IMG/VR virus record: IMGVR_UViG_3300020429_000529
Span: 1-64,000 of that record
DNA length: 64,000 nt
Direction: 5' to 3' (one strand)
Source: a virus
Under the pieces are notes generated by a model. The model did not search any database, was not told the origin of the DNA, and saw nothing but the letters and a program-made list of their open reading frames with translations. Made by a program: the position numbers and the translations under genes. Below, in pieces: positions 1-9,214 of this stretch (positions are counted from its first letter, which is position 1; the number at the start of each line of letters is the position of its first letter).

Positions 1-2
1 CC

Positions 3-374
3 CTCGACGGAGGCGGACAACGCTACCGAATATCATTCTTTGTCAACGCCGACACCAATGAGATCGTCGGGCACCACAGCATCAGCCGAGTTAACCTCGA
101 CGACCCGTGGAGCGTCAACAACGAACCGCCGACAACCAAGCAGCGTGAGAAAATCCTCGCGCTCGTCAAGACCACCGCTAAGGAATGGGCAACCAAGAAC
201 CGCCTGGCCCTGTTGGAAGGCAAGAAGAAGGGCGCAACCCACCGCCGAAGCAACATCGTCCGAAAGGTCGCCGAACTCAAGGAACAGCTTGCAGCGGCAG
301 AGTCAGAACTCGCCGACGCAGACGCAACCCTCGATAGCCTCACTGACCAGATCGAGAACCTGGCAGAGGCATGA
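3..374 (+). CDS. hypothetical protein, 5'-truncated, C-terminal coiled coil
   Basis: Frame open from the window edge to TGA 372-374 (...KVAELKEQLAAAESELADADATLDSLTDQIENLAEA). It overlaps the next ORF by ATGA. Not in the supplied ORF track. Confidence 0.7.
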   Translation, partial: LDGGGQRYRISFFVNADTNEIVGHHSISRVNLDDPWSVNNEPPTTKQREKILALVKTTAKEWATKNRLALLEGKKKGATHRRSNIVRKVAELKEQLAAAESELADADATLDSLTDQIENLAEA

Positions 375-502
375 GCAAGATCCACGCCGACAACATCGAA
401 GAAATGACCGACATCTGCGCCCAACTCGTCCAGAAAGGCATCATCCACGAAGCCCGCAAGGACGGCAGCGGATGGATCATCGAACTGACCGGCGGTCACT
501 GA
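371..502 (+). CDS. small hypothetical protein (43 aa)
   Basis: MSKIHADNIEEMTDICAQLVQKGIIHEARKDGSGWIIELTGGH; translationally coupled (ATGA), GAGG upstream. Confidence 0.65.
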   Translation: MSKIHADNIEEMTDICAQLVQKGIIHEARKDGSGWIIELTGGH

Positions 503-525
503 CTACCAGAGACCGAGGCAACAGC

Positions 526-663
526 ATGAGCCAATCAGAACTCGCCCAAGCAGCCATCCGCCACCTCGACCAACGCATCAAGGAACAGCGCCGAGCAGGC
601 ACCATCGTCAAGACCGACACCAAGGGACCGCACCCCGTTACCTGGACCGAGGCCAAGAAATGA
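526..663 (+). CDS. small hypothetical protein (45 aa)
   Basis: MSQSELAQAAIRHLDQRIKEQ...; GAGG RBS; ATGA overlap with the next ORF. Confidence 0.6.
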   Translation: MSQSELAQAAIRHLDQRIKEQRRAGTIVKTDTKGPHPVTWTEAKK

Positions 664-809
664 CCCGTCTCAAGACCACCGAGAGCGTCCGAGCCGTCCA
701 CGACCCCAAGCTCCGCAAGCGTCTCAAGAGGGACCGAGCCAAGCAGGCTCGCCAGAATCAGAAGCGAGGAGCCGAGAACGCCCGCAACCTCCGAGGCTAT
801 GCGGACTGA
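660..809 (+). CDS. small basic hypothetical protein (49 aa)
   Basis: MTRLKTTESVRAVHDPKLRKRLKRDRAKQARQ...; coupled to the upstream ORF. Confidence 0.55.
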   Translation: MTRLKTTESVRAVHDPKLRKRLKRDRAKQARQNQKRGAENARNLRGYAD

Positions 810-841
810 CCCCACTGACGACCCGACAGCCCCGCAGAGTC

Positions 842-1264
842 ATGAGCAAACCCCAACCCATCACGATCGAATACATCAAGGGTCCGAAGTCTCCGACTTG
901 GATCGTCGTCCTCAACGGCGAACACGCTTACGAGATGAGCGCCGACGCAGACCAGCCCAACGGCGTCTGTATCTACTCAGGAGAATGGCAGAGCGACGAA
1001 CTCAGCAACCTCAAGATCCACGGTATCCGTTACGAGGGAGAGATCCCCCGAGGGATGACTCGGCAGATCGCATACCTCATCGCTCAGATGGCAGAGGAGC
1101 GAGGCAGAGAGGAGATGCACAAGGCCGCCCGAGAAGCCGTCGAGTATGTCGGCAGCCACAACGGACGAGAGCGAGAGCGGGCAGCGATGACCTACATCGG
1201 CAGAGCCGCAGAGGGAGACACGAGCAAGAGCATCGACGAGATCGCCGACGAGCAAGACCAGTAA
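842..1264 (+). CDS. hypothetical protein
   Basis: 140 aa ORF with protein-like composition, on the same strand as its neighbours. Confidence 0.75.
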   Translation: MSKPQPITIEYIKGPKSPTWIVVLNGEHAYEMSADADQPNGVCIYSGEWQSDELSNLKIHGIRYEGEIPRGMTRQIAYLIAQMAEERGREEMHKAAREAVEYVGSHNGRERERAAMTYIGRAAEGDTSKSIDEIADEQDQ

Positions 1265-1353
1265 TCCACTGACGATCAGCGGGCACGATACGAGAGTAAC
1301 GCAAACCCAAAGGAGCCGCCTCAAGGCGTCTCGAAGCGCAGCAAGGAGCAGAC

Positions 1354-1494
1354 ATGAACGGATACGATCGACTCTCATTCGCCGCCCGCCTCGTTGGACT
1401 GGGCATGAGCATGACCGAGGCAGCGGACATCTCCACTGACCCCGACCTGACTCCCGCCAAGGCGGAGGACATGCTGACCTGGCTCGCCGCCTGA
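1354..1494 (+). CDS. small hypothetical protein (46 aa)
   Basis: AAGGAG RBS, then MNGYDRLSFAARLVGLGMSMTEAADIS...; followed by a terminator. Confidence 0.65.
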   Translation: MNGYDRLSFAARLVGLGMSMTEAADISTDPDLTPAKAEDMLTWLAA

Positions 1495-1512
1495 TATACC
1501 TGACCCCTGCTC

Positions 1513-1553
1513 ACCGCCCTGAGACCCCTCCAGGTTTCGGGCGGTTTCTTTTT
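1513..1553 (+). terminator. intrinsic terminator
   Basis: ACCGCCC-T-GAGACC...GGTTTC-GGGCGGT stem followed by TTCTTTTT. Confidence 0.8.
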
Positions 1554-1625
1554 ACCTGGACCTCTTGCACCTATCTTTGAATTGTTGATTCGGAGTACCC
1601 CATACCCTACCCCAATTAGCTTTCA

Positions 1626-1801
1626 GTAAGGTATCCATACGCCGTAGGTACACCATATTGGCCGGTGTTACCTAAGCCTTTGGCTTCTGTAACGGAATGG
1701 CTTCGCCAAGGTGTTACCTAAGCTTGTCTTTTCTCCTAAGCCTTTGCTTTACGCCAGCAGCAGACCCCCTCCCCCTCTTTTCGCATGAGGGTAAGGTATC
1801 C
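1626..1801. repeat. cluster of short direct repeats in a non-coding gap
   Basis: GTAAGGTATCC at 1626 and 1791; GGTGTTACCTAAGC at 1664 and 1710; CCTAAGCCTTTG at 1671 and 1735. Confidence 0.6.
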
Positions 1802-2091
1802 CGCCGCAGAGGGGTTCCTAATCGGAACAGACTTGCGCAGGTTCCTTGCGAGAGACCGCATACTGCAAATTTCGCGCACCTGATGATGGTTTTGTGTCGC
1901 ATGCTCGGTTTTCCCGCGCACCCATAGGGGAAACGTCTTGATTGCAGGTAGATACGCAGAAGTCCCCCGAACGGGGGTAGGCTATTCCCTACCTTTCTCA
2001 TGGAAAGGCTGAAACGTCTACAAAATTAGAGGGAACCAGGTAAGGCTATCGAATCGCAAAACCAACTACTGTTCTTGACAGGAGACTTCCG

Positions 2092-2814
2092 ATGCTGAAG
2101 ACAGCAATCATCTCCGCTGCGATCGCCTCTTCATCGCTTGCGGACACGCAGATCTTGGAGTTCGATACCAACCTGTGGGGACCAGGCGAGTATCATATCG
2201 TGATGACCTTTGATAAAGTTCCCGCGCCCATACAGATGCCATGGTACGAGCATAGCAACTGTCACAGCCTCGGCGAGTCATGGGTCGAGATATACGACGA
2301 GCAAGGCGCAATGGTCGGGTACTTCGAGGGGATCGACTCGGAGGCATACCCGAACTTCAACCATCACCGCCATTGGATCTCGGACTACCCCGAGGGCGTC
2401 GAGGATAGCTGCTGGTGGAAGATCGGTTGCACCCTCTATCAGGACGACGGACGCGCTCCGCAACTCGGCGACATCATCTATGTCCAGCTTGTGGCTCAGA
2501 AGACCGACTGGTTCTCTGGCGAACAGACCATCTTCGATGTCCAACCCGTCGAACAATGGGAAGGCGTCAACAGACACGTTCTGATCTACTTCGCGGACGG
2601 CAGCTTCCGTACAGGTAGCTCATGGAACCTGCAAATCACCAACATCCTCGATAGCGACATCAACGACGACGGCAAAACCAACGGTCTCGATGTCGGCATG
2701 TTTTCTTATCTTTACCAGAACGGTATGCTGTCGGCTGACATGAACGGCGACGGCTCGGTCAACGGTCTTGACGTTTCATCATTCCTTTCAAGCTACATGG
2801 AGAACAGATCATGA
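2092..2814 (+). CDS. secreted protein with C-terminal dockerin-like (paired Ca-loop) domain
   Basis: Signal peptide MLKTAIISAAIASSSLA; C-terminal DINDDGKTNGLD...ADMNGDGSVNGLDVSSFL; AGGAG RBS. Confidence 0.8.
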   Translation: MLKTAIISAAIASSSLADTQILEFDTNLWGPGEYHIVMTFDKVPAPIQMPWYEHSNCHSLGESWVEIYDEQGAMVGYFEGIDSEAYPNFNHHRHWISDYPEGVEDSCWWKIGCTLYQDDGRAPQLGDIIYVQLVAQKTDWFSGEQTIFDVQPVEQWEGVNRHVLIYFADGSFRTGSSWNLQITNILDSDINDDGKTNGLDVGMFSYLYQNGMLSADMNGDGSVNGLDVSSFLSSYMENRS

Positions 2815-3674
2815 AGGCAATCATCGCATCGATCGCAACGCTGTTTGTAACATTTTTCGCGCACGCCCAAGCACCAGAGCCCGGGGCCGATCGTTTCTCG
2901 ATCATCGGTCTCATCGAGTGTCAGAGCGCTACCGGCGCAATCGACTGGTGGGAGAACCATCCCGAAACAGGGGACATAGGCAACTTCAGCTTCCATCTCG
3001 CCGATCTGTACGCAGAAGGCGTTGACGGCGTATACGAGAACATCGACATGGATCAGCTAAGGGTCGGATGGCGTCGAGGGGACGGCAACCATCCTGATAC
3101 CAGCGCAGGCAAGTCCGAACGCTACGGCAACGTCATGTCCCTTGAGGTCTACGACGACATGATCGTCATGCAGGGTTTGCAGGGCACGCACTATGCCAGG
3201 TCCAACATCCGTATCGAGTTGTACGGCGACTTCGAGGCGGAGGAGCTACTGCAACCCGTCCATGCCGATAGCGGCGTCGTGAGGGTCTGGGGGCAGTCAT
3301 ACGTCTGGCAGAAGGGTTGGATGGATTGGGAGGTCGTCTCGACGCTCCGAGTAGCTCCCGCAACGGGCGAGTCAACGCTTTCTCTCTACTATCCGGGAGT
3401 AGCGACGGGCACTCATCCCGCAGACATCAACGAGGATGGTCAGGTCAACGGACTCGACTTTGGTATGGCCGTCGATAACTACCGCTACTATCTGACCGCC
3501 TTCTACTGGCCCAACGCGGGACGAGCTTACACGCCTCATCTCGATTTTGATATGAGCGGAGGCACATTCGTCTCGGGGCTTGAGCAGCCGCAGGTCTTCC
3601 CGTGGATCGATCCCGACGCAACGGTCTCGTTCGACTTTGCTCGCTTCCTCGACGAATGGTGGGCGGCTCAGTAG
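2811..3674 (+). CDS. secreted protein with dockerin-like C-terminus
   Basis: Signal peptide ending AHA-Q; HPADINEDGQVNGLDF and a second degenerate loop LDFDMSGG...SFDFARFLDEW. Confidence 0.75.
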   Translation: MKAIIASIATLFVTFFAHAQAPEPGADRFSIIGLIECQSATGAIDWWENHPETGDIGNFSFHLADLYAEGVDGVYENIDMDQLRVGWRRGDGNHPDTSAGKSERYGNVMSLEVYDDMIVMQGLQGTHYARSNIRIELYGDFEAEELLQPVHADSGVVRVWGQSYVWQKGWMDWEVVSTLRVAPATGESTLSLYYPGVATGTHPADINEDGQVNGLDFGMAVDNYRYYLTAFYWPNAGRAYTPHLDFDMSGGTFVSGLEQPQVFPWIDPDATVSFDFARFLDEWWAAQ

Positions 3675-3743
3675 AGCTTACCGCAGCGGCGGAGCATTTT
3701 TCGCGCACCGAGGATGCCTTTGGGTTCTTCCCTTGTTCAGCCC

Positions 3744-4298
3744 TTAGACGGCCAACAACGCCTTCTTCTGCTCAAAGACCTCAGTCACAACATAGGGGAG
3801 ATCAGGACTCCAAGGAGAGTTGATCCCTCTCCTCATGTCCTCCTCATAGACCTGTACGAGGGATTCGGCCCACAGCCTCGCTCTGTCGTCCTTGTGATCG
3901 ACTTCGGCGTAGTAGCGGCGAGCGGTCAGCTTATAATCCAGGTCATCTTTAGCGAGGATGTCTACGATCTGTTGGGGGACATGGTAGGTATAGCCGTTGT
4001 AGACGATCTCGAAGTACCAGCCGAGGTACTCGGGCAGAGAGCTATCGAGTGCGCGAAAACCGTTCTCGACGCAGCCATGGTTGATGACTGTTCCTTCGAG
4101 GTAGTGACCTGTCGGTTCGAGCGGCGGAGCTTTGGGCAAGAGAGCGTAGGGGGCGAGCGGTATTCGGCGGAACCATTTGGGGTCGTCGGTGGGCTCGACT
4201 CGCCTCATTGTTATGAACTGCAGGTCTTCGAGGAAGCGGACGCACTTGCCGAATGGCTTGTTCATCTCGTCTTGGGACTTGATACGGAACTTCGTCAT
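3744..4298 (-). CDS. hypothetical protein
   Basis: Long ORF with protein-like composition; start uncertain (MTKFRIK chosen). Confidence 0.6.
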   Translation of the reverse strand: MTKFRIKSQDEMNKPFGKCVRFLEDLQFITMRRVEPTDDPKWFRRIPLAPYALLPKAPPLEPTGHYLEGTVINHGCVENGFRALDSSLPEYLGWYFEIVYNGYTYHVPQQIVDILAKDDLDYKLTARRYYAEVDHKDDRARLWAESLVQVYEEDMRRGINSPWSPDLPYVVTEVFEQKKALLAV

Positions 4299-4539
4299 AG
4301 GCGGAGGTAGCATACTCGACTGTTGGGGCACCTGCAAGATAACATGTCGGGTGCATAGTAACAGGTTTGATGTTACTGTGCGCGGATTTTGTTAGTATTT
4401 GCGCAGATGGGCGCTGGTGAAAAATTTGGGCGGCGGAAACCTTTGCAGGTGGCGCGAAAAATTGATATCGTGGGGCGGCAAGGTCGAGGACAGCGGCATT
4501 CGGCGGCTGAATCGGCGGCAACAAGCGGAGAAGCCAACA

Positions 4540-4728
4540 ATGCAAGCCAATCCCTGCAAGATCTGCGAAACGGACGAAAACCTGCAAGCCAAATACAACT
4601 CGCAGACGGGCGAGAAGTGGGTTCATTGCGACGAATGCGGTCGAGTCTCGACTCCCGTAACCGGCGATGAGCATCCGGTTGAGAAATGGAACGCCGAAAA
4701 CCCGATTGAGGACAAGGCGAAGGTTTAG
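4540..4728 (+). CDS. Lar-like (restriction alleviation family) zinc-finger protein
   Basis: PCKIC...VHCDECG...EKWN pattern typical of the Lar family; GGAG RBS. Confidence 0.55.
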   Translation: MQANPCKICETDENLQAKYNSQTGEKWVHCDECGRVSTPVTGDEHPVEKWNAENPIEDKAKV

Positions 4729-5099
4729 GCCTTCTCGCTGAGTTCTTTGAGAGGGTACGCCGTCTCGACGGTTGCGTCTCCGAGCTTGATCGATAGATCT
4801 TCGACAACCCGATCGTGCATCTCAAGGGCGTCTACATAGAAGCAGCAACGCTCCTGGTAGTCGTCGATATCTTTATTGCCGGAAAAGATCATAGTCTCGA
4901 AGAGGACGGGAAACTCTTCGAGGCCGTGCCCGTGGTCTATGGCGAGAAAGACGGTCGAGACCCTGGCTATCTCGTTTCCGTCTGGATCTGAGAAGACGCT
5001 GATTCCAACGCTACGCTCCGCCCCTGCCATGTAGAGGCCGAAGGCTCTCATGTTGTCCATGGGATAGGGCTGGTTGTTTTTGTCCAGGATGTAGAACAT
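4725..5099 (-). CDS. conserved phage hypothetical protein
   Basis: VSTVFLAIDH...PVLFETMIF...YQER motif, seen in a widespread phage family. Confidence 0.7.
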   Translation of the reverse strand: MFYILDKNNQPYPMDNMRAFGLYMAGAERSVGISVFSDPDGNEIARVSTVFLAIDHGHGLEEFPVLFETMIFSGNKDIDDYQERCCFYVDALEMHDRVVEDLSIKLGDATVETAYPLKELSEKA

Positions 5100-5193
5100 T
5101 TTCTCTGGTCCGTAGACCCCCTCCCCCTTCAAAGGGTTTAGGGACTATGCGATTTTTGGGGGTTCCTTTTTAACCCCTCATTCCCGGAAGTGT

Positions 5194-5487
5194 TCAAAGC
5201 CAGGACAAAAACTGTCCTGCCCGATATGACTCAAACAGTATTAGACTGTTTATAGCCAAGATAGTCGTCAAAGCATAATAAGCGCCCCAGGTCCAAAAGC
5301 CGATTTTGAAGATCCGCTTGTCAGTCGTGTCGCCTTCTTCGATTTGCTCGCTGAGATGAGCCCTCAGCTTGTGCATATTCCCTCGAACCAAAAACACAAA
5401 CGCAAACAACAGAAGCGGCAGCGCTAAGAAGTATGATGTCGCGATGAGGTCGCTGATGATCGGGTTTGGTTCTGTTCCGCAACGCAT
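5194..5487 (-). CDS. membrane protein (2 TM)
   Basis: Two hydrophobic segments. Confidence 0.6.
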   Translation of the reverse strand: MRCGTEPNPIISDLIATSYFLALPLLLFAFVFLVRGNMHKLRAHLSEQIEEGDTTDKRIFKIGFWTWGAYYALTTILAINSLILFESYRAGQFLSWL

Positions 5488-5840
5488 AATGAGCCTCCTA
5501 AAGGTCTGAACAAGCACTCGGGGCTGCATGCCATGATGTAGCCCCTTCGCATCAGGAAGTCGTACAAACGCTCATTGAGGATGCTCTCAACATAGACAAC
5601 GACCTTGTTGTGATCCGCAAGCTTCTCGATCTCGTCAAGAAAACGAGTCAAGTTTCCTTCTCCTCGCACTTCGGGATCGACATCGAAGTTGGCGAGATCA
5701 ACAGTCTCCATAAGCTCCTGGTTGATCCAGCGCTTGGTTCTTCGAGCGTACATATTGAGACAGAAGCGGCGGAACCGAATCCATCCTCGAAAATACGAGA
5801 TCTCGATGAGGTCTTGGGGTTCCATGATCGGGTTTCCCAT
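5424..5840 (-). CDS. GNAT-family acetyltransferase-like protein
   Basis: FDVDPEVRGEG acetyl-CoA motif A and C-terminal N...FLMRRGY. Confidence 0.6.
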   Translation of the reverse strand: MGNPIMEPQDLIEISYFRGWIRFRRFCLNMYARRTKRWINQELMETVDLANFDVDPEVRGEGNLTRFLDEIEKLADHNKVVVYVESILNERLYDFLMRRGYIMACSPECLFRPLGGSLCVAEQNQTRSSATSSRHHTS

Positions 5841-5862
5841 ATCAAACCGCCTTCATCTGCTC

Positions 5863-6603
5863 TTATGAGCAACCATCTCCTACAAGTCTGGCGTTTGCAG
5901 GCGCTCGGATGCCCTGTTCATCGAGCTTGTCTTTGATCGCCGAGATGCCTTCCCAGATCTCTTTGAGCGACAGACCTTCATACAGCATGGGATCGAACTC
6001 CCAAAAGAGTTGATCCTTGCTTACTGGTACAGGGAATACGAGTTCCTCAGCGTCTTCGGGGAAGACTCGGACTCTGCGCCAGCGATCGCCCTTGAGCGGG
6101 ATATAGGCATCGATGCCTTCGCTCATCATATGGAAGTAGGCGTCTCGGGCGGCTTTGGTGTCGCTCTTGATGAGGCTATTCCAAACGACCCGAACGACTT
6201 TGGTTCTCGACTTGTGCTTGTAGGGGCGGAACCATGAGTTGCGCTGCATGACCATGCGGGCGACGAACTTCGGGTCCCAGAGTATGACTCGGTATGGGCT
6301 ACCGTCGTCAACGCAACAAATCATCTCATTGGCGTTGGTTGTTGCGAAGTGTTGCGCAACGGTTGAGGGTATCTCAAGCTTTTCGAGTTCAAACAGAACG
6401 CAGAAGACGCCAGTCAGAGAGATTCTTGTTCTTTCTACCTCTGGATCGTCTTCGTCTTTTTCTGCAATGTCTTCGAGGATGACGGCTACGCCGTGCCAGA
6501 ACTTGTCGAAGACTTCTTCGTCTCCGATGATCGAGCGGGTCTTGTTGAGCAGTCGCTCAACGGTCTTTCTTGAGTCAGCTTCGCTCATCCTGTCGAACAG
6601 CAT
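5863..6603 (-). CDS. hypothetical protein
   Basis: 246 aa ORF in a minus-strand gene run. Confidence 0.75.
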   Translation of the reverse strand: MLFDRMSEADSRKTVERLLNKTRSIIGDEEVFDKFWHGVAVILEDIAEKDEDDPEVERTRISLTGVFCVLFELEKLEIPSTVAQHFATTNANEMICCVDDGSPYRVILWDPKFVARMVMQRNSWFRPYKHKSRTKVVRVVWNSLIKSDTKAARDAYFHMMSEGIDAYIPLKGDRWRRVRVFPEDAEELVFPVPVSKDQLFWEFDPMLYEGLSLKEIWEGISAIKDKLDEQGIRAPANARLVGDGCS

Positions 6604-6615
6604 CAGAACCCGTCC

Positions 6616-6903
6616 TCAATGCTCGCCTTCGGTCTCGTCTGCGAAGAAGGGTTCGGCTACAACATTGCCTACAACGTAGGTGTTGTTGTTCTTGATGTCG
6701 GGATTGCTCCAACGAACAGATCCTTCGCTGGCCCAAACCTGATTGTGCGGCACGATCCATTCCTTGAGGGTATTCCCGCTGTCATCGTACTGCGTCACCT
6801 TGTAATGGACGGTACGACAGGGCGGATCTGAGCCATCAGGACAGCAGCCTGCAACGGTCAAGAGAAGGGCTAAGAGCCCAACAATCGGAGCGATGCGTCT
6901 CAT
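6616..6903 (-). CDS. small lipoprotein
   Basis: MRRIAPIVGLLALLLTVAG-C lipobox. Confidence 0.7.
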   Translation of the reverse strand: MRRIAPIVGLLALLLTVAGCCPDGSDPPCRTVHYKVTQYDDSGNTLKEWIVPHNQVWASEGSVRWSNPDIKNNNTYVVGNVVAEPFFADETEGEH

Positions 6904-7021
6904 GGAGACATGATACCGCAGAAGGCGTTCACCTGCTACGTTCAAGAAAATCTCGACCAATCTGAGACTTTGCGGCGCATTTCTGTCCTTAACCGTTAAG
7001 GAGAGCAGAAAGGAGATTATC

Positions 7022-7180
7022 ATGGGCCGCGAAGAGTTTTACAGAGACCAGGACATAGAAATTGTCAGCGAGGAAGAGTTCATCAGGTTGCTGTTTGAAG
7101 ACGAAGAGTTTGCTGCAAGATTTATGGAAAACATAGAGGAGGTACTCAGGAGAATAACGGAAGAGGACATCGTGGACTAA
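7022..7180 (+). CDS. small acidic protein (52 aa)
   Basis: AAGGAG RBS; MGREEFYRDQDIEIVSEEEFIRLLFEDEEFAARF...; below the ORF-track cutoff. Confidence 0.65.
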   Translation: MGREEFYRDQDIEIVSEEEFIRLLFEDEEFAARFMENIEEVLRRITEEDIVD

Positions 7181-7184
7181 AACG

Positions 7185-7213
7185 GGAGGGTTTAGTTCGG
7201 GAAATGTCGAAGT
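7185..7213 (+). promoter_or_regulatory. putative phage (late) promoter, motif RARGGR-N15-17-CGAATA
   Basis: GGAGGG-N17-CGAAGT, 9 nt before ATG 7223. Confidence 0.5.
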
Positions 7214-7222
7214 AGTGTGAAG

Positions 7223-7426
7223 ATGAACTGGTATCGATCTATCTCGAAAGAATCTCAGGTTGCTGAGTCTGATCGGACTCTGCGGGATGAACTCAAGTGG
7301 GCGTTGCGTCATTTGGGTTTGTCGAGTCGTCGTTGCGATTGCGAAGACGAGGTAGCGATTGAGAATCTTGAGATAGCTCAGGAGTGCGTCAGAAGGGCTC
7401 TAAACATGGTGGAATCATCGCAATGA
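7223..7426 (+). CDS. small protein with NWY leader
   Basis: Starts MNWYRSISKESQ; ATGA overlap with the next gene. Confidence 0.7.
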   Translation: MNWYRSISKESQVAESDRTLRDELKWALRHLGLSSRRCDCEDEVAIENLEIAQECVRRALNMVESSQ

Positions 7427-9012
7427 ACTGGTACAAAGCTCTCAAGACAGCGATGCCGAGAGGTTACGGCGGTCGCAGGCGTCCGTACAAGGGTCCGCCC
7501 CGTTACTTCGGGCCGATGCGTCTGATCTCTTTTATGGGCAGGCCAACGATCGTCGGTAACACGATGAAGTTTGATCGCGCAACGCTTCAGCAGCTTGGTT
7601 TTAGCTGGCAGGGAAACACGGTCATCGACGGTACGCAGCTTGGGGATGCGCCAGACAACGCCATCAACGGAGCGATGATCGGTTCTCGTCCGCTTGCGCC
7701 TGAAGAGATCGAGATGCTTGCTCAGGGCGGCGTCGATGTTTCGATGGCTCAGACTCAGTTCCAGCCTTACAACGCTGCGGCGCAGCCTGTTGCTCCTGTA
7801 GATCCTGCGGTTGAGCAACCTGTCGATCCGTCTCAGCAGCCTGTTCAGCCCGAGGTTGGTCCTGACGGCATTGTTCCCGAGTCTGGAGCGCAGAGCGACG
7901 AGGCGAACATCGAGATGTTGATGGATCTGCGTTCTTCGTCTGGCAGTTATCAGGATACGAAGAATGTTGTTCAGACGCAGTTGAACAAGCTTGCGGATCT
8001 GATGTCGAATCCGAATCTGAGCGAGGAGCAGGCGAAGCTCAAGGAAGACTTCTTGAAGTTCATGTCTGGTTCGCATCAGTATTCGTTCTGGAACTCTATT
8101 CTGGTCTTTATGCAGCGTCGGGATGCCGAGATGGTTGGCGGCGCGAAAAATCGTTGGAACAAGGCCGGTCGTCAGGTGCGAGAGGGCGAAGATCCGATCT
8201 TTGTTCTTGCGCCGATCATTGCTGGTCAACGCAAGATGAGCCGAGAGCAATACTTCGGCATGCTCAACAATCTCAAGAACGAGGGCATGAGCGACGAAGA
8301 GGCGAAGGCTCGCATCAAGCGATACAAAGAGAGTACGGGCACTCTTGTCGGTTTCAAGGACGTTCCTGTCTACGACATCAAGCAGACTGATCCTATTCCT
8401 GGTTGGACTGATCCCAAGACCGGCGAGGGGCCTTTCGATCATGAGGGCTTCCATAACTCGTATCTCAATCAGTTCAACGAGCCCGAGGAACGAGCGGATA
8501 CGGTTTGGGGCGCTGCGACTCAGGCGATGCAGAACGCAGGTATTGACGTTGGTCAAGAGGCAACGGGTACTGCGGGCGGTTGGTCATCGGGCGGCAAGGT
8601 TCGCATCGATGAGGGGTCGCAGGGTCAGCGTCGAGTTGCAACGCTTTTCCATGAGTGGGCGCATGAGGTTTTGCATACGAACGCTGAGGGTCGGGCGAAG
8701 CGTCGAGAAGAGAAGACTCCCAAGCACATTATCGAGGCGGAGGCCGAGGCGACTGCTTGGTTGTTGAGTCAGGCGTTTGGATTGACTGGCGATCCTGAGC
8801 ATGCTGCTCGTTACATGCTTCTTTGGAAGGCAACTCCGAAGGAAGTCATGGAGCGTCAGGAAAACATCCACAAGGCGTACTCTCAGATTTACCGAGCGGT
8901 CAACGGTCAGATTGACAAGATGATTGCTGGTAAGCAGGAGCAGCCTCAGGCTCAGCCTGCGGGCGTTCGGGCATTTGTGGGTTGGTACGCTAACTTGCGC
9001 AAGGTTTCGTGA
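7423..9012 (+). CDS. ArdC-like ssDNA-binding domain fused to a zincin (HExxH) metallopeptidase, with NWY leader
   Basis: HQYSFWNSILVFMQ...WNKAGRQVREGE...VLAP...VYDIKQT (ArdC-N type); TLFHEWAHEVLH...EAEAE (zincin). Starts MNWYKALKTA and ends GWYANLRKVS. Confidence 0.8.
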   Translation: MNWYKALKTAMPRGYGGRRRPYKGPPRYFGPMRLISFMGRPTIVGNTMKFDRATLQQLGFSWQGNTVIDGTQLGDAPDNAINGAMIGSRPLAPEEIEMLAQGGVDVSMAQTQFQPYNAAAQPVAPVDPAVEQPVDPSQQPVQPEVGPDGIVPESGAQSDEANIEMLMDLRSSSGSYQDTKNVVQTQLNKLADLMSNPNLSEEQAKLKEDFLKFMSGSHQYSFWNSILVFMQRRDAEMVGGAKNRWNKAGRQVREGEDPIFVLAPIIAGQRKMSREQYFGMLNNLKNEGMSDEEAKARIKRYKESTGTLVGFKDVPVYDIKQTDPIPGWTDPKTGEGPFDHEGFHNSYLNQFNEPEERADTVWGAATQAMQNAGIDVGQEATGTAGGWSSGGKVRIDEGSQGQRRVATLFHEWAHEVLHTNAEGRAKRREEKTPKHIIEAEAEATAWLLSQAFGLTGDPEHAARYMLLWKATPKEVMERQENIHKAYSQIYRAVNGQIDKMIAGKQEQPQAQPAGVRAFVGWYANLRKVS

Positions 9013-9129
9013 GAACGGAAGGACAACAGCGGTCTGGTAAGTAGAACGCTGTAGGCGTCTTCGCCTCTATCTCTGAAACTCGGACGGACCTGGAAAACGG
9101 ATCGTCCCATATTTGAATGGTTTCATCTT

Positions 9130-9170
9130 AAGGCCCGACACGTCTTGCGAGACGTTGAAGGGTCTTTTTT
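9130..9170 (+). terminator. intrinsic terminator or attenuator-like hairpin
   Basis: AGGCCC..ACGTCT-TGCG-AGACGT..GGGTCT followed by a T-run. Confidence 0.6.
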
Positions 9171-9214
9171 CGCGCTACTTTTTGGTTCCCCAAGGGAACA
9201 GGAGACATCAGGAT

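Noticed and set aside
40-663. 207-aa plus-strand ORF from the track (and 799-1272)
   Set aside because: S/R/T-rich off-frame reading. The coupled small ORFs 3-374, 371-502, 526-663 and 842-1264 explain the region better.
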